A DNA stretch of 64,000 nt, taken from positions 7,936,001 to 8,000,000 of the forward strand of contig CM114271.1 of the NCBI GenBank assembly GCA_050084515.1, given 5' to 3'. The position numbers and the translations under genes are program-made. The DNA is from Blasia pusilla. Its lineage: Eukaryota. How positions within the stretch are numbered: the first letter of the stretch is position 1; every line of letters starts with the position of its first letter. A model generated the notes under the pieces. That model saw nothing but the letters and a program-made list of their open reading frames with translations. It was not told the origin of the DNA and made no database searches. Shown here one piece after another: positions 38,389-51,570 of the stretch.

Positions 38389-40719
38389 TCCAGCAAGAGA
38401 ACACCAGATGGCAAAACGTCACGCACTCTCAAGAAAATGCGCCCTGCAGTCATATCCAATGTTGTCTGCATGCCTCGCCACCAATACTGAATCTGGAGCA
38501 AGTTGTATGTCCGCTTCACCCCAAAGTGACCCAACTCCTCGCGGGCATGCTGCACTAGTCGTGCTCTCTGCAAAGGATGCGGCACTACGCGTACTGTGCC
38601 ATCCTCCCAAATCCTCAAAACATGTGTCCCCTCCCAACGGAACCGTCTGGCCCGCTGTAGGATCCGATCCCGCTCTCTAGCACCCACGGTGCTCGCAATG
38701 CTGCCAGTACAAAGGTACTCCAAGACTACTCTATCATCATGAATATCTCGGCCACTTGTCATCTCCTCGCTGGCCTCGAGATCCAAGGACTCTCCACTAG
38801 ACCTCGCCATCAAAGTCTCCACACTCTGGCTCTCCATAGCCAACATGCCTAAATAGATTGACGTGTGCCATCCTGGCATTGACTCCTCATCACTCTCTCC
38901 ATGCCATCGAGCTCCAGTCGCATCTTGCTGACTCGGGCATGGGTTACGACTTAGCCCATCTGCATGTTGGTTGAGCGTCCCAGGTCTATGTACCACCTAA
39001 AAATCATACTCCTGCGACAATAGAGCCCATCTCGCAAGCTTCTCTGTAAGCTTGTTGGACTCCATCAACCACTTCAGTGGTTGATGATCAGTGATGATGG
39101 TAAAGGGGTTGCCAAATAAGTAACACCTAAAATGCATGACAGCCCACACCGCAGCCAAGCACTCACCCTCATACGAGTTGTACTTTCCTCTGCAGCGTTG
39201 TTCGAGCGGCTAGCGTAAGCCACCACGAACTCTCTACCCTCATCATCATGCTGGGTGAGCACCGCTCCAAGCCCCAACATGCTCCAATCTGTGTGCAACT
39301 GGAAAGGACGCCCCCTGATCGGTCTCCACAAGATGGATGCGGACGTCAACCTGTCCTTGAGCAACTAAAATGCTTGCTCCTCTTTATTCCCCCAGTGCCA
39401 CTCGTGATCCACCTTGATCAGTAAGGTCAGCGGCTTCGCAATCGAACTGAATCTCATGACGTACCGCTGATAGAAGTTCGCCAATCCCATGAATGCGCGA
39501 ACACGGCTCACATCTGTAGGGAGTGGAATGCGTGAGATAGCCTCTACCTTTGTTCGCTGAACACCAAGGCCGTCTGGGTATATCGTATGACCCAGGTACT
39601 CAATCTGGTCGTAGAAGAACTTGCACTTGCCTGGATGTAGCTTCAGCCCATGTAATTGCAATCGTCAAAACACCTCCTCTAGATGTCGCTCATGCTTCTC
39701 AACCGTGGTGCTAAAGACTACAATGTCATCAATATAACACCTAGCAAAATCCAGACCAGCCAAGATCCTATCCATAACCCTCTAAAAGTCAACCAGGCGT
39801 GCTTTAACCCAAATGGTAAGAACCGCCACTGGTACAAACAATCCTTCCCGTGAGCATCGATGCCCCAAAATATCGTCTTCAGCCTGTCCTCCAATCTGAT
39901 AGGCAGCTGATGATATCCGACTCGCAAATCCAATAAATTGAAGACCTTTGCATGACCAATCGCATCAAAGATCTCCTCAGGGGTGGGCTTGGCATACCTA
40001 TCGAACTTTGTCTGCCGATTGATAGGTCGGTAATCCCCACACGGATATCCGCCTATCCGTCCACTTGCCATGCACATCCTTCTTGGCGGTCATGACATTG
40101 GCAGATGCATACTCCCCATGCGACATCTCCACTAGTCTTGGTCCGACCAAGTCCTGGCTCCTACTCTGAATCAAAGCCCTCTCCATATCATTGTACCTAT
40201 AGGGTCGTCGGAAGATTGGCGAATCACTCGAAAACTCAATGCGGATCGTGGGTCCTTTCAGCGTACCAAAATCCTCCATGCTAAACGCAAAGCAGCTCCT
40301 ATAACTCCTGAGGAACTGATGTATCCGGCGCCGCTCTCCTCCTCTCAACTTAGGTCCCATATCTGGCTCCCAAGTCTCCATTGTGACTACGATAGCACTC
40401 TCCGGCGCAGGTATCGGTGGTTGCTATGGTGCAACCCCGTCTCGAACAACACTCGGCTGCTCTCCTATATCCAACTACAAACTCTGATCTCCTCCACGTG
40501 CAGTATCCAGAACCACGCTCGATGGTGTGGCTATCATCTCCAGGCGTACCTACAAAACATCCCAAGAAGTCCAAGGGTGTCTCTCCCAATCTCCCCTCGT
40601 CTCTAGATCTCCTCGGGTCTCACTCCCAGCCACTGCCTCCACCGTCTCGGTAGGCATGGGGCTCACCAATGCAACCACCGTGATCTGTTGCGATCTCATA
40701 CAACACTCCTCACTCACTC

Positions 40720-41660
40720 CCAAGCTGAGGATCCATGTCAAGCAGTTCACGTCCATCGCCTGACCCAAGACATGACGTCGTGATACCTCTGACACTGACC
40801 GTACTGCCGTCACTCTTGTGGGAAATCCCATCGCTCGCTCGCTCTCGTCGGCGTTGGGCTCCACCAACCGCTAAACATGGTCATCCCAAACCAAGCCAGG
40901 ACCGGCCTCCTTGTATGCATAGGAAGCGAGAAAACTCATAAACGTGGGCAAGGCTGCCCGCGGCCTGTCTACCCTGTTGACCACAGTCAACGGTGGTCGA
41001 TCATCGTGCCTCACTGCCTATGATCGATGACCTGGATCCAGAATGGAATCCACTAACAAATGAAAGGGGTGCTCCACTCTCGCATACGCCCTCCATAACA
41101 CCGCATGGGGCACCAAGTTGGTCCACCATAGACGCGGGCAATGGGCTCTAGAACCTACACTCGCCGCATCCAAGAAGAGTGTTTGGCCGATCCAGGCACG
41201 CACCTGATGAGCACTTGTCACCACCCGTGACCTGGAGTCTCTTAAGATCGGCATATTCTCCAGAATGTAGGCTGGAGAACGAGATTGATGCTCCTACAAC
41301 TGCCGTAAGACCCTCAACATCTCCCAAAAAACCTGGACGGAGTGTCAGCCAACCCGTTGCCTCGTCCATCACTCGATTGGCCCTGACATGGCCAACCGGC
41401 AATGACCAAATCAATGGTCCCTACACACCCCCAACAACGAAATATCCCTTGGTAGGGAACTCTGGTACCCCTCTACCGCGGACGCAGACAATAAGTCGGG
41501 AAAACGTATGCGTAACTGCGCCACATGTCGTAGTGAGAGGCGCCTTCAACATCATCACTCTCCACATATAGATATTTTTGTACTTGCACTCTTGTCTGCA
41601 AAACAGCAGCTAACCCAGTGCTAATCTCTCCAAAGAGATCTAACACTCGAATACCCTCCT
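40720..41660 (-). pseudogene. DNMT3-like C5 cytosine methyltransferase domain embedded in the Gypsy pol
   Basis: Motif I IRVLDLFGEISTG (~41655-41615); IV DLVIAGWPCQG (41412-41380); VI YILENM (~41270-41252); VIII DAASVGSRAHCPRLWWTNL; IX-X ERAMGFP..RRHVLGQAMD. Frameshifted. Confidence 0.85.
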
Positions 41661-42483
41661 CCGGGATACACCACACAATGGGTGTGGTATCCAAGGGTAT
41701 CATCGTAGCACTCCCTCCAACCTTGGGTTCCTCAGACCCGTCACGCTCTGGTGCAAACGCCTCGCTCCACACGATCGGCACGTGCTCATCTGCCAATCGT
41801 CGAAGCTCCTCAATCAAGCCCCACACTGGCACCTCTCCTCCACAGAATGATGCGGCTACCATAACACTCCTCTCCATAGAAATGTCAGGAACGGGAGTAT
41901 CCTCTGCATGGACATGTCCCTCAATCAAATCACTAGGCCAAGTGATGGCACCGATAAATACTGCTAAGGTCGCCATCTCTCTTGGCCGTTGTTTGATCAC
42001 TGCACCTGTGAATCAAATGGGTAATGAGCTAAGGCGCCCATCACCTAACTGCCATCCTGGTCTGTAGGACGCTGACTCCTCCCAGTAATCCAGGGCAAAC
42101 CCCATCGGGTATAACACTGCTCCACCAACCAAGACGTCATAGGACTCTGCATCAGTCACTATCGTCTTGGCTCGCACCACGGACTCATCTGTAGGATGTC
42201 ACGGGCCAATCCTCACCACGACCTCCTGTCGGGTGATATTTTGTGTGGTTCTCGCTCTACCCAAGGATGTCTGTATCCGGAATGGACAACGTCCCACATC
42301 CGCTCTCGTCAAGTCCAATCCTCTGAATGAGGCTCTCCCCAACATCACGGGTTGCGCTCCTGAATCCAACAAGATGCGCTGCGGACTAAAAGCTCTGTCT
42401 CCGGGACTCACCAACTGGAAGACCTCTCCTTGGTTATCCAGCAACACAACACCAGGAGAAGCCATGGCACGCTCTATCGCGGC

Positions 42484-43101
42484 TGTCGTGCGCATACACA
42501 TCGCTACACAACATACATCGCTGTCATCAAACACACACACAAACACACACGATCCCATGCTAACTCATGGTATCCATACACAAAGGCGAGAAGTACCAAA
42601 ATATCTCACAACGCAAGGGACCATAGCTCCGTCGTCTCATGCCAAGAGGTTCAACAAAGAGAGAATGAGCCTATACCCCTCTCCTCTCCCAAGCTCTCTC
42701 CATGGTAACCTATGTCACCTCCTTGGCTCTTGACCTGATGTAGGAGGTCAATGGACAATTACCAAAAATATAAAGTCAACTATCCCTAATATGGAAACTT
42801 ACTCGAAATAGTAAGTTTCTCTATACGGCTCCAAATGAGCCGAAACGAAGGGGAAACCTGCTCTCTCACGTTTCTTGAGGCCTCAACAGGTCATTCTTGA
42901 CCTCATGGGCTTGTCCTACACTACTCGTGAAGACGCTCTGCTAGATCCCACCGATCTATCCTAACATTCGTGCTAGTTGTCGTGCGCATACACATCGCTA
43001 CACAACATACATCGCTGTCATCGAACACACACACAAACACACACGATCCCATGCTAGTTCTTGCCATCCATACACAGAGGCGAGAAGTACCAAAATATCT
43101 C
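42484..43101 (-). mobile_element. LTR copy (42484-42966, TG..CA) plus a partial second copy (42978-43101) inside gag-pol
   Basis: 42610-42966 aligns with 46970-47380; tgtcgtgcgcatacac.. is duplicated at 42484 and 42978. Confidence 0.7.
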
Positions 43102-46100
43102 CAATCGCCCCCCCTAGCTGGTGGTTAGGTCCCTCTACCTCCAGACACCAGGAGAAGCCATGGCATGCTCTATCGTGGGTCTAGCGGGCATCTCCGCCAT
43201 CCTAGCAGCCGCAGACTGCCATGAATCATGGACGGCCCAAGCATCCGCTCCAACGGTAGGTCCATCACCTCCTCTGCAATCACCTCTGAACGTGATGCAA
43301 GAACTCCAACTCCGTGCTCACATAGCAAAGCGGCAAGCCAAAAAGCCTCGGCGGGCGTACCCCCCAACGTCATAACATCGAAAGCATAAAATAAAGGAGT
43401 GCGGTACAGAATGGTGGCCGCTCCCAACAACGTGCTCGACACATGCCCCTCATAAGCATCAACAATAGGAGTCGTCGCACTCGCTTCTCCCATCGCCCTC
43501 CGTGCCTGCACACCAACTACATCACCAACTCTCCATGAACTTTGATGAGGACCCATCGATGGGGTCCTCATCGCTTCGGACAACGTAAAAGACTGAGGAA
43601 GCCTAGTCTGTTTTCTGGCTTCCCCTCACTGTGGATCCAACTCTGCGGCTGCTCCACGTGTCACAACTGTGGCGGCCTCCATCTAGGCAACCCCGCACAT
43701 CCAACCAGGATCCTCCAGATCTCTGGCTGCTCCATATGATGTCGATGCCACAAATCAGACATCGGATAACCTCAATGCCATAGCGGAAATCTACTCATGT
43801 AGCTGTTGGATCTGAGTTGCCATCCCAGCCTCACGTCTGGCGTCTCTCTCGGCGCGTCTAGGTGGTGGTACTCTTCCTCCTCCGCGGAAAGCTCCACCAT
43901 CCTGTCGGGAAGCTCCACCTCCTCGTCCCCAACGGGACCACCTGGTGCACGATCTCTAGCCCACCCGGACCGGCTACTCGCTATGGTGCCCTCTCTGGCC
44001 CTCGGTCCGAACGTAACTCAGAATGTAAGCTGAAACACATGGCGCGTGTATGACCATACCTCTGAAAATAGTCACATTGATAATATCCTGGTGCAGCACC
44101 ATCTCCTCCTCCATGCAGAGGCACACGTCTATGACCCTGACGAGTGCAATCGCGCTAATAACGGGCTCCACCACATGACCAACAAGTAATAGTAGGCGAC
44201 TGCTGCTGAGCCGCATATGAAGGCGTAGGTCTCTGTGGCACGGCCTCCCGGTATCCTCCCTGAGCTCGTGGTGCCACACTCGACCTATCTCGGAGTCCAC
44301 GTTGTTGCACAGGTAGTGCAGACAATCGTGACTTTTCTTGCCCAGAACCCATGGTGGCTACGCTCTCCTCCGCCATGTTGCGCTCAATGTTCTCGGTGGT
44401 CCTAAAAATATCTCTCAATGTAGGGGAGGTGTTCATAAGAAGCACCCCCTCCCACACCCGTGTCCATAGGGTCCGGTCCAGCATCGCGTACCATGACTGG
44501 ATAGCCTGAGCCTCTGTCACCCCCTGAGTGACGTTGATCAACCGGCGCATGCGAGTGTAAGCCTCATGCAAACTTTCACCCGGTCGCCTCTAGAAGTCAT
44601 GGATGCTCCGCAACTTCTCCGTCCGTACCCCCTAGTAGCTCGCCCTCAACTCATCAAAGAACTCAACCACAGGGTTGAACCTGGGACGAACCCGACTACA
44701 CGATGCAACTGCTCCCGTGCGAGTGATCCCTCCTAAAACGTCACTAGTGGAAGAGGAAGTAGCCTCTCCTGACTCCTCCTCCTCATCTAGGAACGGCTCC
44801 GTCCATGACATAGAATGTGGGTCATAGTAGAGCCTCCACGCCTCCATCTCACGTGCATATCTTTGAGAGAACTCATGGTAATCATCCATGGGCGCCCCCT
44901 CTAAATGCTAGAACATACTGTTCCATGCTGTAAACGGGTTGAAATCTCTAGAGTTCCTGGCCCGTTGGGAGTCACACCAACTCCTAAACTCTGCTATGAA
45001 ATTGTGCAACTCAATCGTACCTACTGCACCTGAAAACCTACGTTGTCCTCTACCCCGATCGTCCATCTCGTACGCCCAATTGGTAGGACCCCTCACAATG
45101 TGTGGCGATGTGCTCACAAACTCCTCTAGACCCTCCCCCTCATCTGACAATGACACAGAAGGAGGTCAAGGTGGTCCCTCACATGGAGACCCTCAGAACC
45201 TCGCGCCACTCCGCGTAAAACCTCTAGAGCTACTCTCGGGTTCACCACCTCGCCTCTCAAAGTCCCGAACAGACGCCGTGATGACCCTTGTGCCCCTCTC
45301 ACCCGATCACTCTCACCTCGTGAATAATCTTTCAATCACTCATCCCAAACATGCGGCACTCGATCTACACTCTCCCTCCCCGAGACGTGTAACGTGCGGC
45401 AACGAGCGGCGTGGTGCGGCAAATTGACCAGGCTATCATCTCATCGACAACCTACCCTCAACTCTGGACATCCCACACAAGTCTATGTTCCCTAAACCAC
45501 ATACATAAATGATGCTCTCAGCATCCACACACCCAATATCCCCACATAAACTTCCAAAATCCCATAATCCCTCACACGTGCAGGATAAAAGAGCAGAATG
45601 GATAACCTGAACACATGTCGATGTTGCTTCTCAACAACTGCAAATCTCGACCCCAACTCGGTTGTGGAGACAAATCCTCCAATTTGCAAGTCATACTCCT
45701 CCCGTTCTGATCCTGCTCAAAACTCCTCGATAGACTACGATTCCAACAGAATGGTGCGGCGTTACAAGCGGCACAGAACGGCTACGAACGACACGGCCCT
45801 CGATGGTGGGATGCGGCACTCGGCGGCATAACCTCCTCAATAAAAAATAAACCCACACTCTGCTCCACAATGATGGTGCGGATCCATGATCAAGACGGTG
45901 CGGCATGGCCACAAGCGGCACAGCGCGGCAATCGGCGGTGCGTTGCGGCTACGGGCGTCACAGCACGATACTCGATCGTCATCGAGTTGCTACCAATCAC
46001 AACATAGCAGCATGAAATCAGAACTCAAACACCATAACTGGAGGTCATCTGCCATCACTGGATGATGACGAAACTATGATGACGGTGGCGGCCAAAATAA

Positions 46101-46899
46101 ACTACGTGGTGGCGACGCAAGTCAGAGAATCAACGAACGTCGTGGAAGACCCTCCACTTCCTAATGACGACAATGGCAACCAAAGGGTGGACAACGGACG
46201 GTGGACCATTAACGGTGACGATTGATTGTCGACGGTGATGGTTGACCATTGACGGTGGACCATTTACGGTGACTATGACGGCGACGGCCGCCGCCGGCGT
46301 GGCAGCTGGGCGGCTGGTTTAGGATTGCCCTAAAAATCGCATAACAATGGCAGTTTTGCAAGATTGACCATAACTTTTTGCTCACAACTCCAAATTGCGC
46401 ATTGTTTGTTGCACAATGTGCACAGCTTCACGATCTACAACAGCGTCAAAAAATATTTAAAATCGAATATTCCAGTAAAAACTGATTGGGACTGTCGTAA
46501 AGCCCAATGTCTCTTTCTCCTACACAAAATTCGGCAACGCTTCAGCGCTGATTTCTCCCAACGAAAATGTAAAACTTGTAAAAATACAAATCAGAAAGCT
46601 TGATGGTGCTCCCGAGAGCACGGTATGGGGCAACCCGCCCCCATAATCAATCCCTATCAGAAATTGGGCAACGCTTCCGCGCGCCACTCTTCCACACGAA
46701 AAATCGGCAAATGCAAAAAAATCAAAGCAGCCCTTGCTCCGATGAGCACTCCCATGAGCCGCTGAACGGAGAAGACGGTCCCCAACCTGCAAAAACAGGG
46801 AGTGACCAAGGAGCTCCTCCATGAAGTTCTCTCACTCTCTCATTCTCTCTTTGTAAAGTAAGATCCAATCTCTCTCTACACCATCTCACACCATAGCTC

Positions 46900-47380
46900 T
46901 CAAAGGTGTGCACTCTCTCTCATATCAAACCAAAACCACTCTCCTAATGAGAGGCTTGGGTTACACTCACAAGGCAAGGGACCATAGCTCCGCCGCCTTA
47001 TGCCAAGAGGTTCAACAAAGAGAGAATGAACTCTCAGAGTCTCTCTCCTTGAGGTATACTCCTCCCCTCTCCCAAGCTCTCTCCATGGTAACAAATTCTC
47101 CCAAGTCACCTCCTTAGGTCTTGACAAGGAAGGTCAAGGGCCACTTACCAAAAATAGGAGGTCAAAGGCCACTTACCAAAACTATAAAGTCGATCATATA
47201 CTCAAAATCATACTTACCTAAAATAGTAAGTTTCTCAATATGGCTCCAAATGAGCCGAAACGAAGGGGAAACCTGCTCTCTCAGGTTTCCCGAGGCCTCA
47301 GCAGATCATCCTCGACCTATTGAGCCTGTCCTCCGCTACTCACGAAGGCACTCTACTACATCTCATTGATCTATCCTAAA
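46900..47380 (-). repeat. 5' LTR of the Gypsy element (inner boundary uncertain)
   Basis: Similar to the LTR at 42484-42966; ends gatctatcctaaa vs gatctatcctaaca. Confidence 0.65.
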
Positions 47381-47384
47381 AGAC

Positions 47385-47750
47385 GTGACAAAGAAAAGAG
47401 AGGACAGATTATGTAGATTTTGCAACTCGGGGCTTATTGATGATGAACATCACTACCTCTTCGTCTGCACCTTTCACAATCACAGTAGGCTTGACTTCCC
47501 GGATCTTTTTGTTCATGGGGCTCCCAAGGTCCTCGTGTTCATGGCTAGGCAGAATCAGACTCAGATTACTAAATTCTTGCATAGTTGTGTGAAGACCAGG
47601 GACACTCACCTGGCTCTGAGGACCCCTTAGGCCCTCGCTGGTGCTTGCTCTCTCTCCAGAATTGTTGTTAAGTCTCAAAACTAAGTCCCATGGCCCTGTG
47701 GGGTTCCCGTGGACAATAAATCTATTCATTCACACATTCTCTCTCTCTAA
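47385..47750 (+). mobile_element. LINE ORF2 C-terminus and 3' end
   Basis: RLCRFCNSGLIDDEHHYLFVC, then aataaa followed by a cattca/CT-rich tail. Confidence 0.75.
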
Positions 47751-50426
47751 CACGAATGGATATTACACTCACCTCCGCAATCACACAAGCTCTACGGCCT
47801 CGATGAAGCTGGCCTCAATATTTGTTGCGCATTGAACAATGGCCACTCCCGCTGTCCCCAACTCAGAGCCTCTCGCCCGCACACTCCCCCTCTTTCCCTC
47901 TCTGTCTCTCTCAAACACGAATGCTCACGAAAATGGGACTCATTACGCATCTCCAAATTGTCGTGCGCCTATCTCCGCAATTGAGATGAGACGAATTGAG
48001 CTTCGGATTTCATAGGCCCAAGGCTGCCATCATCGCAAGGCACCTCTTCTCATCTGAGCTGATCTGATCGCAACACAAGAAAGACAAGGTAAAGGATATA
48101 CACAATAGATAGCAACCCTCTCAAAAGTTATATTAAATTAAATTTAAACAATTTATTTTTTTAATTATTAAATTTTGACTTCAGTGCATCGCGCGGGCTT
48201 TCTTTAATCAGGAGGAGTGAAATTTGAACCCGTCGTACACTGTTAGCAAGGCGTGGTACAAGCGTCTGAGAGTAGTCGTACAACATGAAGAGCTGAAGCC
48301 GCTGAGATAAATTTGCAAGTGGAAAAGCGGAAGGAGATGAGGATCGGAGGCATTGGGACTGTTGTAATCTACAGTTGAGCAATCTAAATGCGGATGTCAT
48401 CCGTGGTAGTTAATTTGTCTTCTTTCACTCTGGGTCTACGGTGTGAACTTCAGGCTCACGGCGTTTCCAGTTTGGGCACTGTTCCTTCCTGGATAATCCA
48501 GGTGAACAGCCTTCTTTGGCTCTCGATATTCCGAGAGATCAGAGCCTTTATGGCTCTGGTCTCCGGAACTCCAGGAGCTCCGGGACCCGTCCTAACCCCC
48601 CTACCCACCCGCAACCCCACCACCGACCCGCGAGTTCTAACACAAGCGGTCTACCGGAGGAAACCCTCCGGCCGATGACTAAATGTCCGCCCTATGGGTC
48701 GGATATCCGATACCCAGGTCGGACCCATCCCACCATCTCATCCCAATCTAAATCGTCCCATCCCATCCCATCCATCCCATCCATGATGACATTACCTGGA
48801 GGTTGCATGAACGCTTGTGAAAACAGCGGAGAACAGTTGAATTGATCCACCAAATGTAGGGAAATAAAACCCCTGGGACGGCCGGCCTCCTTGAATCGAT
48901 CCGTGTAGTAGCCAATCATATTTCTCCCAACTTAAGGAGTCGATCCACCGCATTTAGAATTGACCAATGGTAGGAGGTCTAGAATCAAGTGATGCATTCT
49001 TAACCCAAGAGATCCAACGATGGAAATGACCCACACTCTTTGAATGACCCCTGTTAGGGCTCCTGCCCCTCCATTTTCCCTGGACCAAGAAGTGAGGCGC
49101 ATGAAGGTTCGGGCCTTGTTTGAATGCCTTCCATGTCAGAATACCTTCCGCTGGGCATTGCACTCTACTCACACTTCCGCAGTTGGAGACGAAGACAAGG
49201 GGATAGAATTGTTTCTAGGTTTTGGTTGCATTGCGGCGTTACTTTTCATTTCTGTCAGAAGGGCTCTCCGTCAACAAGCGGATCTGTAAGCGGGTTGATT
49301 GTTGCTTGTTGTCCCCAATGCTAATCGTCATGGGGAATCTGCAAATGGAATGTTCGTGAGGAGCCCCGAGTAAGCCCAAGTCGACCAGGAGAAACAGCTG
49401 AAGGAAAGAAGAAGGAAAGGAGCCGGAAAGGAGCCAAGCGGATTTGTCGAAACTGGCTGTTTTTTTATTCGCGTCAACGTTGCGAGGTATCCACGAATTT
49501 GCCTCCCTCTCCTCTCTCCATAGTAAGTTAATCCTTTTTTGTATTTACTCCCCCTCAAGGGCACTTTTATCGTGGGCGTTCCATGTTAAGAATGTGAAAG
49601 AATTGACGCTCATGTGGTTTGTATTCTGTCAAATCCGCCAGAATGCAATCTGGCGGATCATCATCATAGTAGCCACAAAAATACCGAAACTGTAGAGACT
49701 CGGCTGACCCGATCTTAGCCACAATGTAATCACCACCCAACACAATTGTCTGAGTGCCAAGATCTCCAGGTCCTGTGTCCAATCCAATGCGATACTGGCG
49801 GTAAGTACAACACCGCAGACCTGGAGAAAGCTATAATGGAAGCAAATGTTCTGAGTCATGTAAAGCAATCTTATATCCATATGGCTATAGTCTTCCCCAC
49901 CTTCGAGCGATGGGGGGAATAGAAATAGATCCAGGAGTCTCCTCGGATCAAGTCCCTTAGCAGTTCTGAAATAACGTACACCAAAGCCTGGCCGCCTTTT
50001 CTCATAAGTTCTGGATGAAATTCCAATCAATCCTGAACCTCATCTATCATCTCTAAACACCCAGGCATCCAAAAAAACTAAGCATGTATGTCGACTAAGC
50101 CAGTTGCTTGTAAGGACCTGAAAGAGCGAACTCACACAGAGCCGAGCCGTCTGTCTGAATTCGTGTGCGCACTTTGACTAGAGAAAATCTGCCCAGTGCT
50201 TGATATGGTCGTCCGGTCCTCTCTTCTCATCTCATCTCAGTAAAAGTGGTTGCATGCCCTTAATCTCTCGCTCCCCATCTGGCTCGAGACCGTCAGAGTG
50301 GTCGTAAATATTTGTCTCGTCTTCTTGCCGTGCGGTTCGTTAGTATTTTCTGGCATCGCGGGTGGCAGATGGCTTGGTAACTTGCCAAGTCGAATCAATT
50401 GCCCATCGCCCTCACGGATTGTAGCA

Positions 50427-51570
50427 ATGGGTCGCCGGGCCGCAGTGCCTTTTGGGACGGTTGGTTCGCTCTTGCTCTTGCTCTTGCTCTTGCAGCTCTC
50501 GTGGGCGGTGGATGTGCGTAACGCCCTCGAGCCCACTCGCCAATTGACAATGGCTCAAAGACCGAAAGCGGGACAAGGGGCATGCGGCGACTTCTTTCCG
50601 GGAGCTCTGGGGGCTGCGGCGGAAGGCGTGAGGTTGGATCTCATTCACAGAGACCACAAGGATTCTCCTCTTCGAAGCGGCTCGGAGGATTTGACATTCG
50701 AGGAGCAACTCGCACTAGTGTCCTACAAAGCAACAACCGGCGAAGCTTCTTGGCGTAACTCGGGCAATGTCGGGCGGCACGACGACTGATTTTGAGTCAT
50801 CTGTCATTTGTTGGCAACGGGAGTACATCACGCACCTGGAGCTCGGCACCCCAACAAAGAAATACTCGGTCATCGTGGACACGGGAGTGATCTCCCTTGA
50901 TCCAGTGTAGTCCTTGTTCGACTTGCTTCCGCAACCGAGTCCTCTTTTCGACCCGTCGGTCGAGCTCAGATAGAGCTCTAGAGTGCTCGGACACTCGATC
51001 TCTCGGAATTCGGAGCTCTTGGAGTTCGGAAACCAGAGCCATAAAGACTCGATCTCTCGTCGTGGAGACATGCTCTCCGAAGCCGGGCAAGATTTCTACG
51101 AGCACGGTGATCGATCGACCACCACCGTGGGGGTCTTCTCAATGAAATGGTGACATTGTCCAAAGACCAACAGATCAAATAGCAAGTCGGTGACATGGCC
51201 TTCGGTGAGGCACGACAACCAAGGCTCATTCTCCGGTGTCGATGGGTGATTGGGCTCGGCCAGGGTCCTATTTCTTTCACTTCTCACTCAGCTCACTCTT
51301 CAAAGAACAAATTCTCCCTCGCCTTGTGAGCATGGCGTCTTCCTCATCCCAGACAAGTCCCATGTTCTTGGAGGAGCTGCCGTCCCTTCCGAACAAAGGC
51401 AAAGACACTCCCATAGTGAAAAAAAGCTTTCATTCGACCTACACTGCGTGGGGCTGACGGTATCGGTGTTGGGGGCACCCTCTTGAGTATTCTAGTCAGC
51501 TCGTTTGCAATCGATTCATCGGGTAGTGGTGGTACCATCCTCAACTCGGGCACGACGATCACGCAGCTCT
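50427..51570 (+). pseudogene. Secreted A1 aspartic protease (nepenthesin/CDR1-like) pseudogene
   Basis: Signal peptide; RLDLIHRD..SPL propeptide; GEYITHLELGTP..VIVDTGS; IQCSPCSTC; GGTILNSGTTITQL. Multiple frameshifts; truncated at a (CT)n run. Confidence 0.85.

Larger units (their letters stand above)
38389..47380 (-). mobile_element. Ty3/Gypsy LTR retrotransposon (gag-PR-DNMT-RT-RH-partial IN), 3'-truncated
   Basis: gag 45335-44155 with CWSCGG knuckle; protease ILLDSGAQ at ~42370; RT with DYRPIN, DLRVGYHQ and YIDD (40380-39365); RNase H HTDWS..GAVLTQ; IN Zn HAREELGHFG; LTR-like sequence ending at ~47380. Confidence 0.9.

Noticed and set aside
45984-46000. Primer-binding site of the Gypsy element (rc TGGTAGCAACTC)
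   Set aside because: Weak tRNA match, and the LTR inner boundary could not be tied to it.
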